Assembly: GCA_965367815.1 (NCBI GenBank)
Contig: CBDUKN010000028.1
Coordinates: 1-27,939 of the forward strand
DNA length: 27,939 nt
Direction: 5' to 3'
Source of the DNA: an uncultured Thermoprotei archaeon
GTDB taxonomy: Archaea; Thermoproteota; Thermoprotei; Thermofilales; B15-G2
Shown here: positions 17,126-25,588 of the stretch, piece by piece
How the letters are laid out: each line of letters opens with the position of its first letter
Numbering within the stretch: position 1 is the stretch's first letter
Made by a program: the position numbers and the translations under genes
The notes under the pieces: generated by a model
Told to the model about the DNA's origin: nothing
Seen by the model: the letters and a program-made list of their open reading frames with translations, nothing else
Database searches by the model: none

Positions 17126-18460
17126 ATGTACAGGGTATCGATTTTCGGGCTAGGATACGTGGGAACAGTTTTCGCCGCATGCCTAGCATCAAGAGGAATA
17201 AAAGTCATAGGAGTAGACGTAGTCGAAGAAAAAGTAAAAACCATTAACTCCGGCAAAGCACCCTTCTACGAGCCGGGACTAAGCGAACTAATAGAAAAGT
17301 CCGTGAAACAAGGCTTCCTCGAAGCAACAACAGACTACATAAAAGCAGTAACATCAACAGACATATCAGTAATATTCGTCGGCACACCAAGCAAACCAGA
17401 CGGATCAGCAGACCTAAAATACGTTGAAAGCGCAGCCAAAATGATAGGAGAAGGACTCAAAAAGAAAGAAACATGGCACCTAATAGTAGTCAGAAGCACA
17501 GTACCCCCTGGAACAACAGAAGGAGTAGTAAAGCCAACAGTAGAGAAAGTATCCGGTAAAAAAGCTGGAGAAGACTTCGGGCTCTGCATGAACCCCGAGT
17601 TCACTAAAGAAGGTAGCGCAGTACACGACACATTCTATCCATCAAGAATAGTCATAGGAGAATACGATAAGAAAAGCGGAGACACGTTAGAAGAACTCTA
17701 CAGGAAATTCCACGAAAACAAACTCCCGCCGATACTTAGAACAAATATAATTAACGCCGAGCTAATAAAATACGCCTCAAACGCTTTCCTAGCCACTAAA
17801 ATAAGCTTCATAAACACAATAGCAAACATCTGCCAGAAAACACCCGGAGCAGACGTAAACGAAGTAGCAAAAGGAATGGGACTAGACCCCAGAATAAGCC
17901 CCCTCTTCCTGAGAGCAGGCCTAGGCTTCGGAGGAAGCTGCTTCCCCAAAGACCTAAAAGCACTAATAGCCTACGCCAAAAAACTAGGCTACACTCCAAT
18001 ACTACTAGAAGCAGTACTCAAAGTAAACGAAGAACAGCCCCTAAAAGCAGTAGAACTAGCAAAACAAGCCCTAAGAACACTAAAGGGAAAGAATATAGCA
18101 GTACTAGGACTGGCATTTAAGCCGGGAACAGACGACATAAGAGAAGCAGTCTCACTTAAAATAATAGAAGCGCTACTCAAAGAAGGAGCACAAGTAGTAG
18201 CGCATGACCCCAAAGCCATAGAAAACACTCGTAAAATACTAGGAAACAAAATAAAGTACGCCGAAACACCACTAGAATGCATCAAAGATGCGGACTGCGC
18301 AATAATAGTAACAGAGTGGCCTCAATTCAAACAACTAAAGCCAAGCGACTACGAAAAATACATGAAAACACCAGTAGTAATCGACGGAAGAAGACTATAC
18401 AGTCTACAAGAATTCAAAAACACTAAAGTAGTCTACAAAGCAGTAGGTCTAGGAACCTAA
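17126..18460 (+). CDS. ugd: UDP-glucose 6-dehydrogenase (UDP-glucose/GDP-mannose dehydrogenase family)
   Basis: GLGYVG, VGTP, STVPPGT, NPEF, KYASNAFLATKISFIN, catalytic GFGGSCFPKD, GLAFKPGTDDIRE, IDGR. Confidence 0.92.
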   Translation: MYRVSIFGLGYVGTVFAACLASRGIKVIGVDVVEEKVKTINSGKAPFYEPGLSELIEKSVKQGFLEATTDYIKAVTSTDISVIFVGTPSKPDGSADLKYVESAAKMIGEGLKKKETWHLIVVRSTVPPGTTEGVVKPTVEKVSGKKAGEDFGLCMNPEFTKEGSAVHDTFYPSRIVIGEYDKKSGDTLEELYRKFHENKLPPILRTNIINAELIKYASNAFLATKISFINTIANICQKTPGADVNEVAKGMGLDPRISPLFLRAGLGFGGSCFPKDLKALIAYAKKLGYTPILLEAVLKVNEEQPLKAVELAKQALRTLKGKNIAVLGLAFKPGTDDIREAVSLKIIEALLKEGAQVVAHDPKAIENTRKILGNKIKYAETPLECIKDADCAIIVTEWPQFKQLKPSDYEKYMKTPVVIDGRRLYSLQEFKNTKVVYKAVGLGT

Positions 18461-18523
18461 ACCACAAAATTAAAGTCTCTCTCAAATTCGCCGTACATAT
18501 TTACCTAAGTAGAGATTTTCAAA

Positions 18524-19285
18524 CTATGTTTCCTTCAACGCTGGCTTAATAACAACACTCAGTGTTCTAGCGCTATCCCATGCACTAAAGTCGATGAATC
18601 CTCCTATAATTACTAGTTTCGGCTTAACACCGCATGTTTTCTCATAAAGCACACCTAGCCTATATAGCTCAGCGACATCGCTTCTAGAAACCCTCGACTT
18701 AACTTCAACTAAAATATGTTCTTTGTCTCTGACTACTACGTCGACTTCTACTTCAGCTGGATGACCATAAACAATACCCTCATCGTCGCGCAACCTAACT
18801 CTACTCACCTCACCTACACCTAAAGCTTCTTCAACAACATACTTCATAGCTTCACGAAAAGCAGACTCAGTAATAACACCAAATCTATGGGCAATTACAG
18901 TGACAACTCTTCTCAAATCTCTGACTTCAACCATAAGTTCATTAAATCTCTCTTCCAGCTTCTGTTGCCGTTCCTCCAACCTTTGTTGCCGTTCTTCGAG
19001 TCTAGCAAACCGTTCTTCTAGCTTAGCAAATCTCTCTTCAAGTTTCTGTTGTCTTTCTTCGATTCTAGCAAATCTTTCTTCTAGTCTCTGCTGTCTCTCT
19101 TCTAGTTTTTGTTGCCGTTCTTCTAGTTTCTGTTGTCTTTCTTCTAGCTTTTGTTGTCTTTCTTCGAGTCTAGTGAATCTTTCTAAAAGCTCACTCATAC
19201 CAAGTAAACCCATTACAGCGTACCGAAATTCACGATCCTTTTCAAGAAGATCTAGGAGCTGTTTTTTCAGTACTGCTGTCTCCAT
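18524..19285 (-). CDS. Coiled-coil heptad-repeat protein with C-terminal PD-(D/E)XK nuclease-like domain (DUF3782/COG5493-like)
   Basis: DREFRYAVMGLLG N-terminus, 11 LEER heptads, then E..FRE and EVDVVVRDKEHILVEVKS (D...ExK). Confidence 0.8.
   Translation of the reverse strand: METAVLKKQLLDLLEKDREFRYAVMGLLGMSELLERFTRLEERQQKLEERQQKLEERQQKLEERQQRLEERFARIEERQQKLEERFAKLEERFARLEERQQRLEERQQKLEERFNELMVEVRDLRRVVTVIAHRFGVITESAFREAMKYVVEEALGVGEVSRVRLRDDEGIVYGHPAEVEVDVVVRDKEHILVEVKSRVSRSDVAELYRLGVLYEKTCGVKPKLVIIGGFIDFSAWDSARTLSVVIKPALKET
18938..19168 (-). repeat. 11 x 21-bp coding tandem repeat (LEERQQK / LEERFAR heptads)
   Basis: Counted from the translation; the DNA units differ at synonymous positions. 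Confidence 0.9.
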
Positions 19286-19291
19286 TTCAGT

Positions 19292-19330
19292 TCACCATAA
19301 ACTAGTTCCAACAACTATATAAACTTAGCA
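19292..19330 (-). promoter_or_regulatory. Promoter + SD block, copy 1
   Basis: Minus strand TGCTAAGTTTATATAGTTGTTGGAACTAGTTTATGGTGA: TATA box TTTATATA and SD GGTGA 6 nt before ATG; 37/39 identical to 20263-20301. Confidence 0.75.
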
Positions 19331-19474
19331 GTCGATAAACATATAGAAAGCTTCAATTATTTCAATAAATTAACTTTAAACATAAAGAAAATAGCTAGCA
19401 TTAAAAATATAATGCAGTTATTTAATTGAAGTAAATATGAATAAACTACACTAGCAAGTAGCAGTAAGCTGTAC

Positions 19475-20257
19475 TCAATATTCTTTCCCAACATATAGCT
19501 CGACGCCGTCTTCAGCTGCCCGCCGCCTCATTTCTTGGATAACTCTGCGAGGCCCAGAAAGCACTACTAAGAAACTTACAGCAGGTTTCCTACAGTACTT
19601 CTTCTCAACAGCCTTAAGCTTCCTCAAAAACTTCTCGTATTCCTCCATAGAGTCGGCGTGAGCAGTGACTTCTCCTACAATAAGAGGATTATCATAGAAA
19701 ATATTGATTTCCTCGCCCTCGATAACCGTGCTCCTCAGCTCCGCTCTCTCAGGGATAACCCCTTCAGAAATAAAGATCTTAGTGAAAAGCCTCCTAACGA
19801 ATTCTTCGAAAGAAACTCCAGCGAATACTCTAACTTGATTAAATCCGTAGAGCACAGCGCCCCAAAGCCTATCAACCCTACTCTCAAGCCTTCCATGGCT
19901 CTTCTCTAGAGACTCGATACGTTTAAGCATTTTATTAAAATCTGCGCGCAGATCCCGTACCTCTTTCACAAGCTCATTGAACCGCTCTTCCAGCTTCTGT
20001 TGCCGCTCCTCTAATTTCAACTGCCTTTCCTCTAGCCTAGCAAATCTTTCATCAAGTTTAGCAAACCTCTCCTCTAATTTCTGTTGTCTTTCCTCTAGTC
20101 TAGCAAACCTTTCTTCCAGCCTCTGTTGGCGCTCTTCTAGTCTGCTAAACCTCTCTAAAAGCTCACTCATACCAAGTAAACCCATTACAGCATAACGAAA
20201 CTCACGGTCCTCTTCAATAAGCCTCAAAATCTCTTTCTTCAACATAGTAGACTTCAT
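19475..20257 (-). CDS. Coiled-coil heptad-repeat paralog with a different, degenerate nuclease-like C-terminal domain
   Basis: Same N-terminus and 8 heptads; C-terminus FEEFVR...EINIFYDNPLIVGEVT. Start placed at ATG 20257 by SD spacing and alignment with the paralog (track start 20269). Confidence 0.75.
   Translation of the reverse strand: MKSTMLKKEILRLIEEDREFRYAVMGLLGMSELLERFSRLEERQQRLEERFARLEERQQKLEERFAKLDERFARLEERQLKLEERQQKLEERFNELVKEVRDLRADFNKMLKRIESLEKSHGRLESRVDRLWGAVLYGFNQVRVFAGVSFEEFVRRLFTKIFISEGVIPERAELRSTVIEGEEINIFYDNPLIVGEVTAHADSMEEYEKFLRKLKAVEKKYCRKPAVSFLVVLSGPRRVIQEMRRRAAEDGVELYVGKEY
19973..20140 (-). repeat. 8 x 21-bp coding tandem repeat (LEER heptads)
   Basis: Counted from the translation. 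Confidence 0.9.
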
Positions 20258-20262
20258 TCCAG

Positions 20263-20301
20263 TCACCATAAACTAGGGCCAACAACTATATAAACTTAGC
20301 A
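20263..20301 (-). promoter_or_regulatory. Promoter + SD block, copy 2
   Basis: 37/39 identical to 19292-19330. Confidence 0.75.
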
Positions 20302-20489
20302 ACAGCCAAACATTAAACAGTACGCTTAAGAGAATTGAACTCTTAGCAAATAAGCTTGGTTACATGGCTTCATCAGATTTAGAAATTATAGCTAATAAAA
20401 TGCTTAGATCAAATTCCGTAAGAAGCTAAAGCACCTAGGTCTTTTTAAAAATAAAATCTTCTCCACTTAGCGTTCCCTTTTATACACAA

Positions 20490-21398
20490 CTACTCGGGCT
20501 TCTTGTACTTCAAGCTGAGTACCTCTAAGTAGAAACCAAGCCTCATGGCAAAAGCTCTCAGAGGAATAAGTGTCATCAACGGAATAATCGTAGAAGGGTC
20601 TCTCTTCGCACGAGCTAAAAAACGTCTATACTTCGAGAAAAGCCTCGCTCCCTCTTGGCTACCGGAAGCAAAATACTTGTAAAAAACTCTACTACGAACA
20701 CCTTTAAGCTTCCACACAACTCTAGCAGTACCTACACCGATATAGTATCTCTTCAATAAAACAGATCTGAGTGAAATAACTTCGTCGTGAAGTAAATAAG
20801 CGTCCTTAATCAAAGGTAATTCACCCAGCTTAATGCCAGCGACCTCCATTCTATAAAAGAAATCTAAGTCCTCGACATACGGAATACGAGGATCCTGTAA
20901 ACCAACCCTACTAAAAACACTTCTCTCGAAAAGCCTGTAGTGTGCAACCCTATACCCCCTAGGATACTTAATAATATTCTCAGCTCTAGCCAAAGCACTC
21001 TTCTTAAACACAGGAACCTCAGGTATCCTCAAAGCTCCAACTCCTCTCTCTTCAGCATAGTTAACAGCTACTTCGAGTAGCCTAGGAAGCATATATTGAT
21101 CACTATCGAGGAAAAACACCCACTTTCCACACGAAGCCTTAACACCAATATTCCTCTTAATAGCCTGAAATCTGTAAGGAACATCAATATACTTGTGTCT
21201 ACTAGGATCAGTAGACTTAATCCACTTTAAAGCAACTTCCCTCGTGGAATCACGGCTCAAACCATCAACAATAATCACCTCATAGTCATCAAGCGTCTGC
21301 TTCTCAACACTCTCAAGACACTTAGCAAGAGTCCTAGCAGAATTATACGTAGGAATAATAATTGAAACAAGCACATCGCCCCCCACAGAGACCCTCAA
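20490..21398 (-). CDS. Glycosyltransferase family 2
   Basis: VSIIIPTYN, IIVDGLSRDST, RNIG, FFLDSD, EDLD motifs; the true start may be the GTG of VLVSII. Confidence 0.9.
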   Translation of the reverse strand: MRVSVGGDVLVSIIIPTYNSARTLAKCLESVEKQTLDDYEVIIVDGLSRDSTREVALKWIKSTDPSRHKYIDVPYRFQAIKRNIGVKASCGKWVFFLDSDQYMLPRLLEVAVNYAEERGVGALRIPEVPVFKKSALARAENIIKYPRGYRVAHYRLFERSVFSRVGLQDPRIPYVEDLDFFYRMEVAGIKLGELPLIKDAYLLHDEVISLRSVLLKRYYIGVGTARVVWKLKGVRSRVFYKYFASGSQEGARLFSKYRRFLARAKRDPSTIIPLMTLIPLRAFAMRLGFYLEVLSLKYKKPE

Positions 21399-21454
21399 TT
21401 GAATTAACTTCGATTAAAATATACTTTTAGCCGTATCAGGACAGTGCCACTAAA

Positions 21455-22831
21455 CTAATTTTTTACACCTAGCTTTCTACGAGCCCTCTTAATTGCAGCC
21501 AAACGCTCACTAAACTTCCTTAAAGAATAAACTTCCTTCAAGTGACCGTGAATAAGTTCAAGAAGCTCTTCAGCTACATCCCTATGCTCCTCCACAACAT
21601 TACACTTCTCCAAAGGATCTTTATCCAAATTATACAGCTCAAGCTCCTCAACTCCACGCAGCCTACTGTATATCAGCTTCCAAGAACCATGAATCACCGA
21701 CACAGCGAATCTAGAAACATCATACCTAAAGTTCTCTAAATCAGGAAAAGCAGTCTCAGCAAAAACAGGGCGAAAAGCCTCCTTTCCACCAGCCGAACCC
21801 CTCAAACTCTTACCTCTAAAAGTAGGCGGAGAACGGCCTCCTACTAAATCTACTATTGTTGGTGCTAGATCTAGCAACTGAGCTACGCAGGTCTCAAGAT
21901 TTATGTTTTCTACAATACTCCCACACAGTATCAAAGGTACTTTAAGTACTTCGTTATAGAGAATATAGTATTCATGACCGTACTTCCCGTGCTCTTTAAA
22001 AGCCTCCCCGTGATCTGACGCAATAATCAATAAGGAATTTTCTAAGAACCTCGTATTTTCAAGCTTCTCAAGTAATTCTATAATACTGTCTGTGACATAT
22101 CTAGCGCAAGCACTGTATAGTTTCATTAAACTACGTAGCTTCTCTCCACTTACTTTTTCTAACTTCTCTGCATAGTTAGTAAGATAGGCTTCCTTCCTGC
22201 TAGAGAACCCTATATCCGATAAATATTCCTCAGGTGGAACATAAGGAAAATGAGTATCCATGTAATGAATCCATAGAAAAACCTTCCTGTCACTACTGTA
22301 GTTTTCCTTAACCCATTTCAGAACATAGCTATTGAGTTTCCTAGCCTCGACATATGGTAGCTGTAGCCCCCTAAACCCAAACTTAATGCTCCACATTAAA
22401 TTACGTAGCCATCTATTACGCTTAAGAACACTTTTCACAAACCCGACAGTACTCTCTACAACACTCTCTTTCTTTCTCTCCTTAAAGGGATGATAATATA
22501 AAAGATCATGGTACTCATGAAAACCGCGATCCCATCCAAAAAGCTTAGATAAAAACGGATTAGTATTAAACCCCACCGTATAGTACCCATACTTACTCAA
22601 CACTTCACTAAGACAAGGAATACCATACCTAAGCCTAAGCCCCCCGTGAACTAGAAAAGAAGTAGAAGACATAATCGAAGGAAAACTCTGAGTAGTGCCA
22701 GGACCATTACTGTAAGCACACAGAGAAACTCCTCCAGACCTACTACAAATCCTCGAAGCTAAGTAAGAACTATAATCGTAACGCAGAGAATCAATAGTCA
22801 ACAACAATATATTCCTAGGAGCCTCGCTCAT
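21455..22831 (-). CDS. Alkaline-phosphatase-superfamily sulfatase-like hydrolase/transferase (Thr at the nucleophile position)
   Basis: NILLLTIDSLR, GPGTTQSFPS, HYMDTHFPY, ASDHGE, VPLI, DLAPTI, ELYNLDKDPLE. Confidence 0.85.
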   Translation of the reverse strand: MSEAPRNILLLTIDSLRYDYSSYLASRICSRSGGVSLCAYSNGPGTTQSFPSIMSSTSFLVHGGLRLRYGIPCLSEVLSKYGYYTVGFNTNPFLSKLFGWDRGFHEYHDLLYYHPFKERKKESVVESTVGFVKSVLKRNRWLRNLMWSIKFGFRGLQLPYVEARKLNSYVLKWVKENYSSDRKVFLWIHYMDTHFPYVPPEEYLSDIGFSSRKEAYLTNYAEKLEKVSGEKLRSLMKLYSACARYVTDSIIELLEKLENTRFLENSLLIIASDHGEAFKEHGKYGHEYYILYNEVLKVPLILCGSIVENINLETCVAQLLDLAPTIVDLVGGRSPPTFRGKSLRGSAGGKEAFRPVFAETAFPDLENFRYDVSRFAVSVIHGSWKLIYSRLRGVEELELYNLDKDPLEKCNVVEEHRDVAEELLELIHGHLKEVYSLRKFSERLAAIKRARRKLGVKN

Positions 22832-22925
22832 TCACCGCAACTACATTCATACAGATATATATGCCTTGCTAAGTAAACACCTATTAAACAATATCTTAAA
22901 TACCGTGCTTTATTTACTGAAAGTA

Positions 22926-23957
22926 GTGGCTCAAGAAAAAAGTCTACCAAAAATCTCTGTAATCATACCAACACGTGACAGACCCAAAGATCTAGCAGAA
23001 GTACTCCTATCGATATTAAACCAAGAATACCTACCCCACGAAGTAATAATAGTAGACGGCTCCCCTCGAAAAACAGCAAAATCAGTATACGAGGCATATG
23101 TCCAAAAATTCGAGAAAGCAAATAGCAAACTAAAGTACATAGAAGAAGGAGGCATAGGACTAACCACTGGAAGAAACCTCGGCATAAGAGCAGCCGAAGG
23201 AGACGCAGTACTCTTCCTAGACGACGACGTAGTCCTAGAAAAAGACACCATCCTCACACTAGCCAAATTCCTCAAAGAAAACCCTAAAGCACTAGGCATA
23301 CAGCCTAGAATAATTACCACAAAAGAAAAAACAGGCAAAAAACTCTCAGAGAGAATAATTAACGCTGTCCGCAAAACACTAATGCTTTCATACCGCGAAG
23401 AAAACAAACTAGCAGTACGCAGATCAGGAGCAAGCATATACCCATACCCCCACACAAAAACAATACAAGCACAAAGACTATCCGGCTGCTGCAGCTGCTT
23501 CAGAAAAGAAGTATTCAAGACAATGAAATTCGACACAAAGCTAAAGCGGTGGAGCTACATGGAAGACCTAGACTTCTCCTACAGACTACATAAAAGAAAC
23601 CCTGGAACACTCTACGCAATCCCCTACACCAAAATAGTACACAAAGAGTCCGGTGAAGCAAGACTCCCTTCGAAAACACAAACATACATGAAAACAGTCT
23701 ACTGGTACTACATATTCTTCAAAGACATCTACGAAGGATCCCTACTAAACCTAATAGCGTTCCTCTGGGCACAAGCAGGAACACTATTCCTCGTACTAGC
23801 CAACACCATAGCTAAACGAAAAAACAAAAACTACAGAAAAACCCTCATCTATTTAATCGAATCACACATCTACGCCCTAAAAAACCTAAAAAACATAGTA
23901 GCACAAAACCTAGAATTCTTCAACAAAAAACTACTTCAAGCAAAGAAACCCAGCTAA
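22926..23957 (+). CDS. Glycosyltransferase family 2
   Basis: ISVIIPTRDR, IIVDGS, RNLG, LFLDDD, MEDLDFSYR. ORF is open from TTG 22866; GTG 22926 is the more plausible start. Confidence 0.9.
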   Translation: MAQEKSLPKISVIIPTRDRPKDLAEVLLSILNQEYLPHEVIIVDGSPRKTAKSVYEAYVQKFEKANSKLKYIEEGGIGLTTGRNLGIRAAEGDAVLFLDDDVVLEKDTILTLAKFLKENPKALGIQPRIITTKEKTGKKLSERIINAVRKTLMLSYREENKLAVRRSGASIYPYPHTKTIQAQRLSGCCSCFRKEVFKTMKFDTKLKRWSYMEDLDFSYRLHKRNPGTLYAIPYTKIVHKESGEARLPSKTQTYMKTVYWYYIFFKDIYEGSLLNLIAFLWAQAGTLFLVLANTIAKRKNKNYRKTLIYLIESHIYALKNLKNIVAQNLEFFNKKLLQAKKPS

Positions 23958-25436
23958 CCTCCCCCGAGCCAGCCTCCAAGCCCTAAACGCGAGTCCTCGA
24001 GCATAGTTATCTACAGCAAGCACTAACACAAAATACACAGCAGCACCCAAAGCAATATACACTAAGAGCTTAGGTATCAAATCCATAATTCTCACCTCAA
24101 TAACACTCCCGGCACCCAGCAAGAAAAGAACAACACCCATAACTAAACTAGCTGACAAATACTTAAACGCGGAGCCAAGCGGCACCCTATAGTCAATAAT
24201 TTTCTTAGAGTAAACATACTCCCACGCCAAAAACAGCGCCTTACCCAAAGCAAAAGCAGCAGCCCAAAGCAAAGCAATATCAGCTAAACGCAAAACAAGA
24301 AAAACTACAAGAATAGCTAAGTAAATGCACTGAAACAGAGACTTAGCAGTAGGAAACACAAAGAGCCTACTTTTCAAGTACTCATCGAAACCAGCCTTCT
24401 CCCTAGCATCCACTTCCTCAGTACCAAGAATAACAACCTCAAGCACCCTAGTCAAACTAGCCAAAAAGAGAGCAAAAGCCATAACAGGCAAAACAGCAGA
24501 TGCAGACAAGTACTTCACGCCGAAAATACAGAGTAGAGAAGGAGCCATCACCACAAGCCCCACACTCATAGGAAAAGCAAACATAAAAGTAAGCCTCAAA
24601 GTCTCCTCAATATCCCCACTAGACTTCTTGGCCAAAATCCTAGGGTAAAGCGCCTGAGAAAAAGCAGAAGAATAAAGCACAGTTTGGGCGAGAACTTGAG
24701 CAACCCTAAACATAGCGACAGGCAAAGTAGATCCAGCAAAATAAACCACAATATATACGTCAACTGCTCCAATAAAATCCGTCAGCTGATAATACAGAGG
24801 AATCCAAGCCAGCCTCAAATACCGCTTCACATGCTCAAACTCGAAGCTACTTTCCTTAACCATAGGAAAAGTGGCGGCAAGTAAGTAAACCATCTTAGCT
24901 AGCTGAGCAGCCATGACAGCCACAAGAGCACCTAAAAGCCGCCACCCACCAGTAACCACAATTAAGTAAGCTGCAGCTACCTTGATGATCTCAAACAAGA
25001 GAAAAGAGTACCCGATATACTGAGGTGCATATCCCTGACTAACACCTTCTAATGCGGTCGAAACACATGAAAGAAAAACATGGGGGGAAAAAACCAGAAA
25101 ATAAAAGAAGTCTAAGTGTAGAGAGTGGCACAGAAAATTAGACAAAATAACATATCCGATAGTGGCTAATGTACCTGTGATAATAGAAAAAACTAGAGTA
25201 GATTTTGCAACGTTTTCTCCTCGAGCAATAAAACGCGGCGCCCAATATCTTACAATATTAACAGTTAAAACAAAGTAAGTAACAGTAATCGAGATAACTT
25301 GCCACAAACCAAAATCGAGCGACGAAAGCTTCCTCGTAACAATAATCGTAAAAGCCAATCCAGTCAAAACACTAAACAACATAGACGAAAACGAAACAAA
25401 CCCAGCATAACGCAACCTAACTTTAGCACCAAACAC
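23931..25436 (-). CDS. Wzx/RfbX-type (MOP superfamily) oligosaccharide flippase
   Basis: 501 aa with many hydrophobic helices, TRKLSSLDFG N-terminal motif, located among glycosyltransferases; 3' end overlaps the convergent GT2 by 27 bp. Confidence 0.8.
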   Translation of the reverse strand: MFGAKVRLRYAGFVSFSSMLFSVLTGLAFTIIVTRKLSSLDFGLWQVISITVTYFVLTVNIVRYWAPRFIARGENVAKSTLVFSIITGTLATIGYVILSNFLCHSLHLDFFYFLVFSPHVFLSCVSTALEGVSQGYAPQYIGYSFLLFEIIKVAAAYLIVVTGGWRLLGALVAVMAAQLAKMVYLLAATFPMVKESSFEFEHVKRYLRLAWIPLYYQLTDFIGAVDVYIVVYFAGSTLPVAMFRVAQVLAQTVLYSSAFSQALYPRILAKKSSGDIEETLRLTFMFAFPMSVGLVVMAPSLLCIFGVKYLSASAVLPVMAFALFLASLTRVLEVVILGTEEVDAREKAGFDEYLKSRLFVFPTAKSLFQCIYLAILVVFLVLRLADIALLWAAAFALGKALFLAWEYVYSKKIIDYRVPLGSAFKYLSASLVMGVVLFLLGAGSVIEVRIMDLIPKLLVYIALGAAVYFVLVLAVDNYARGLAFRAWRLARGRLAGFLCLK

Positions 25437-25588
25437 ACAGTATGATTGACTAAAAATATAAAAACTCTCCTCTATAAAATTGCCAATTCACTTAGATGAA
25501 ACTTCTTCTCGCCCCCTTATGACAAGGAGAACTTTACTTTAACTACTTTCTACAACAATATTTCAATATTGATGTACTATGGCGCATA

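Noticed and set aside
18938-19168. CRISPR-like array
   Set aside because: Contiguous 21-bp in-frame coding repeats with no unique spacers; no cas genes in the window.
18900-20195. Plus-strand Ser/Cys-rich repetitive ORFs (18900-19322, 19977-20195)
   Set aside because: Antisense shadows of the heptad-repeat genes.
20305-20429. Short plus-strand open frame (..LKRIELLANKLGYMASSDLEIIANKMLRSNSVRS*) as a gene remnant
   Set aside because: About 40 codons with no convincing start and no recognisable family.
22931-23536. 201-aa minus-strand ORF and other long antisense ORFs in the track
   Set aside because: They overlap well-supported genes on the opposite strand, have no motifs, and are explained by the codon bias.
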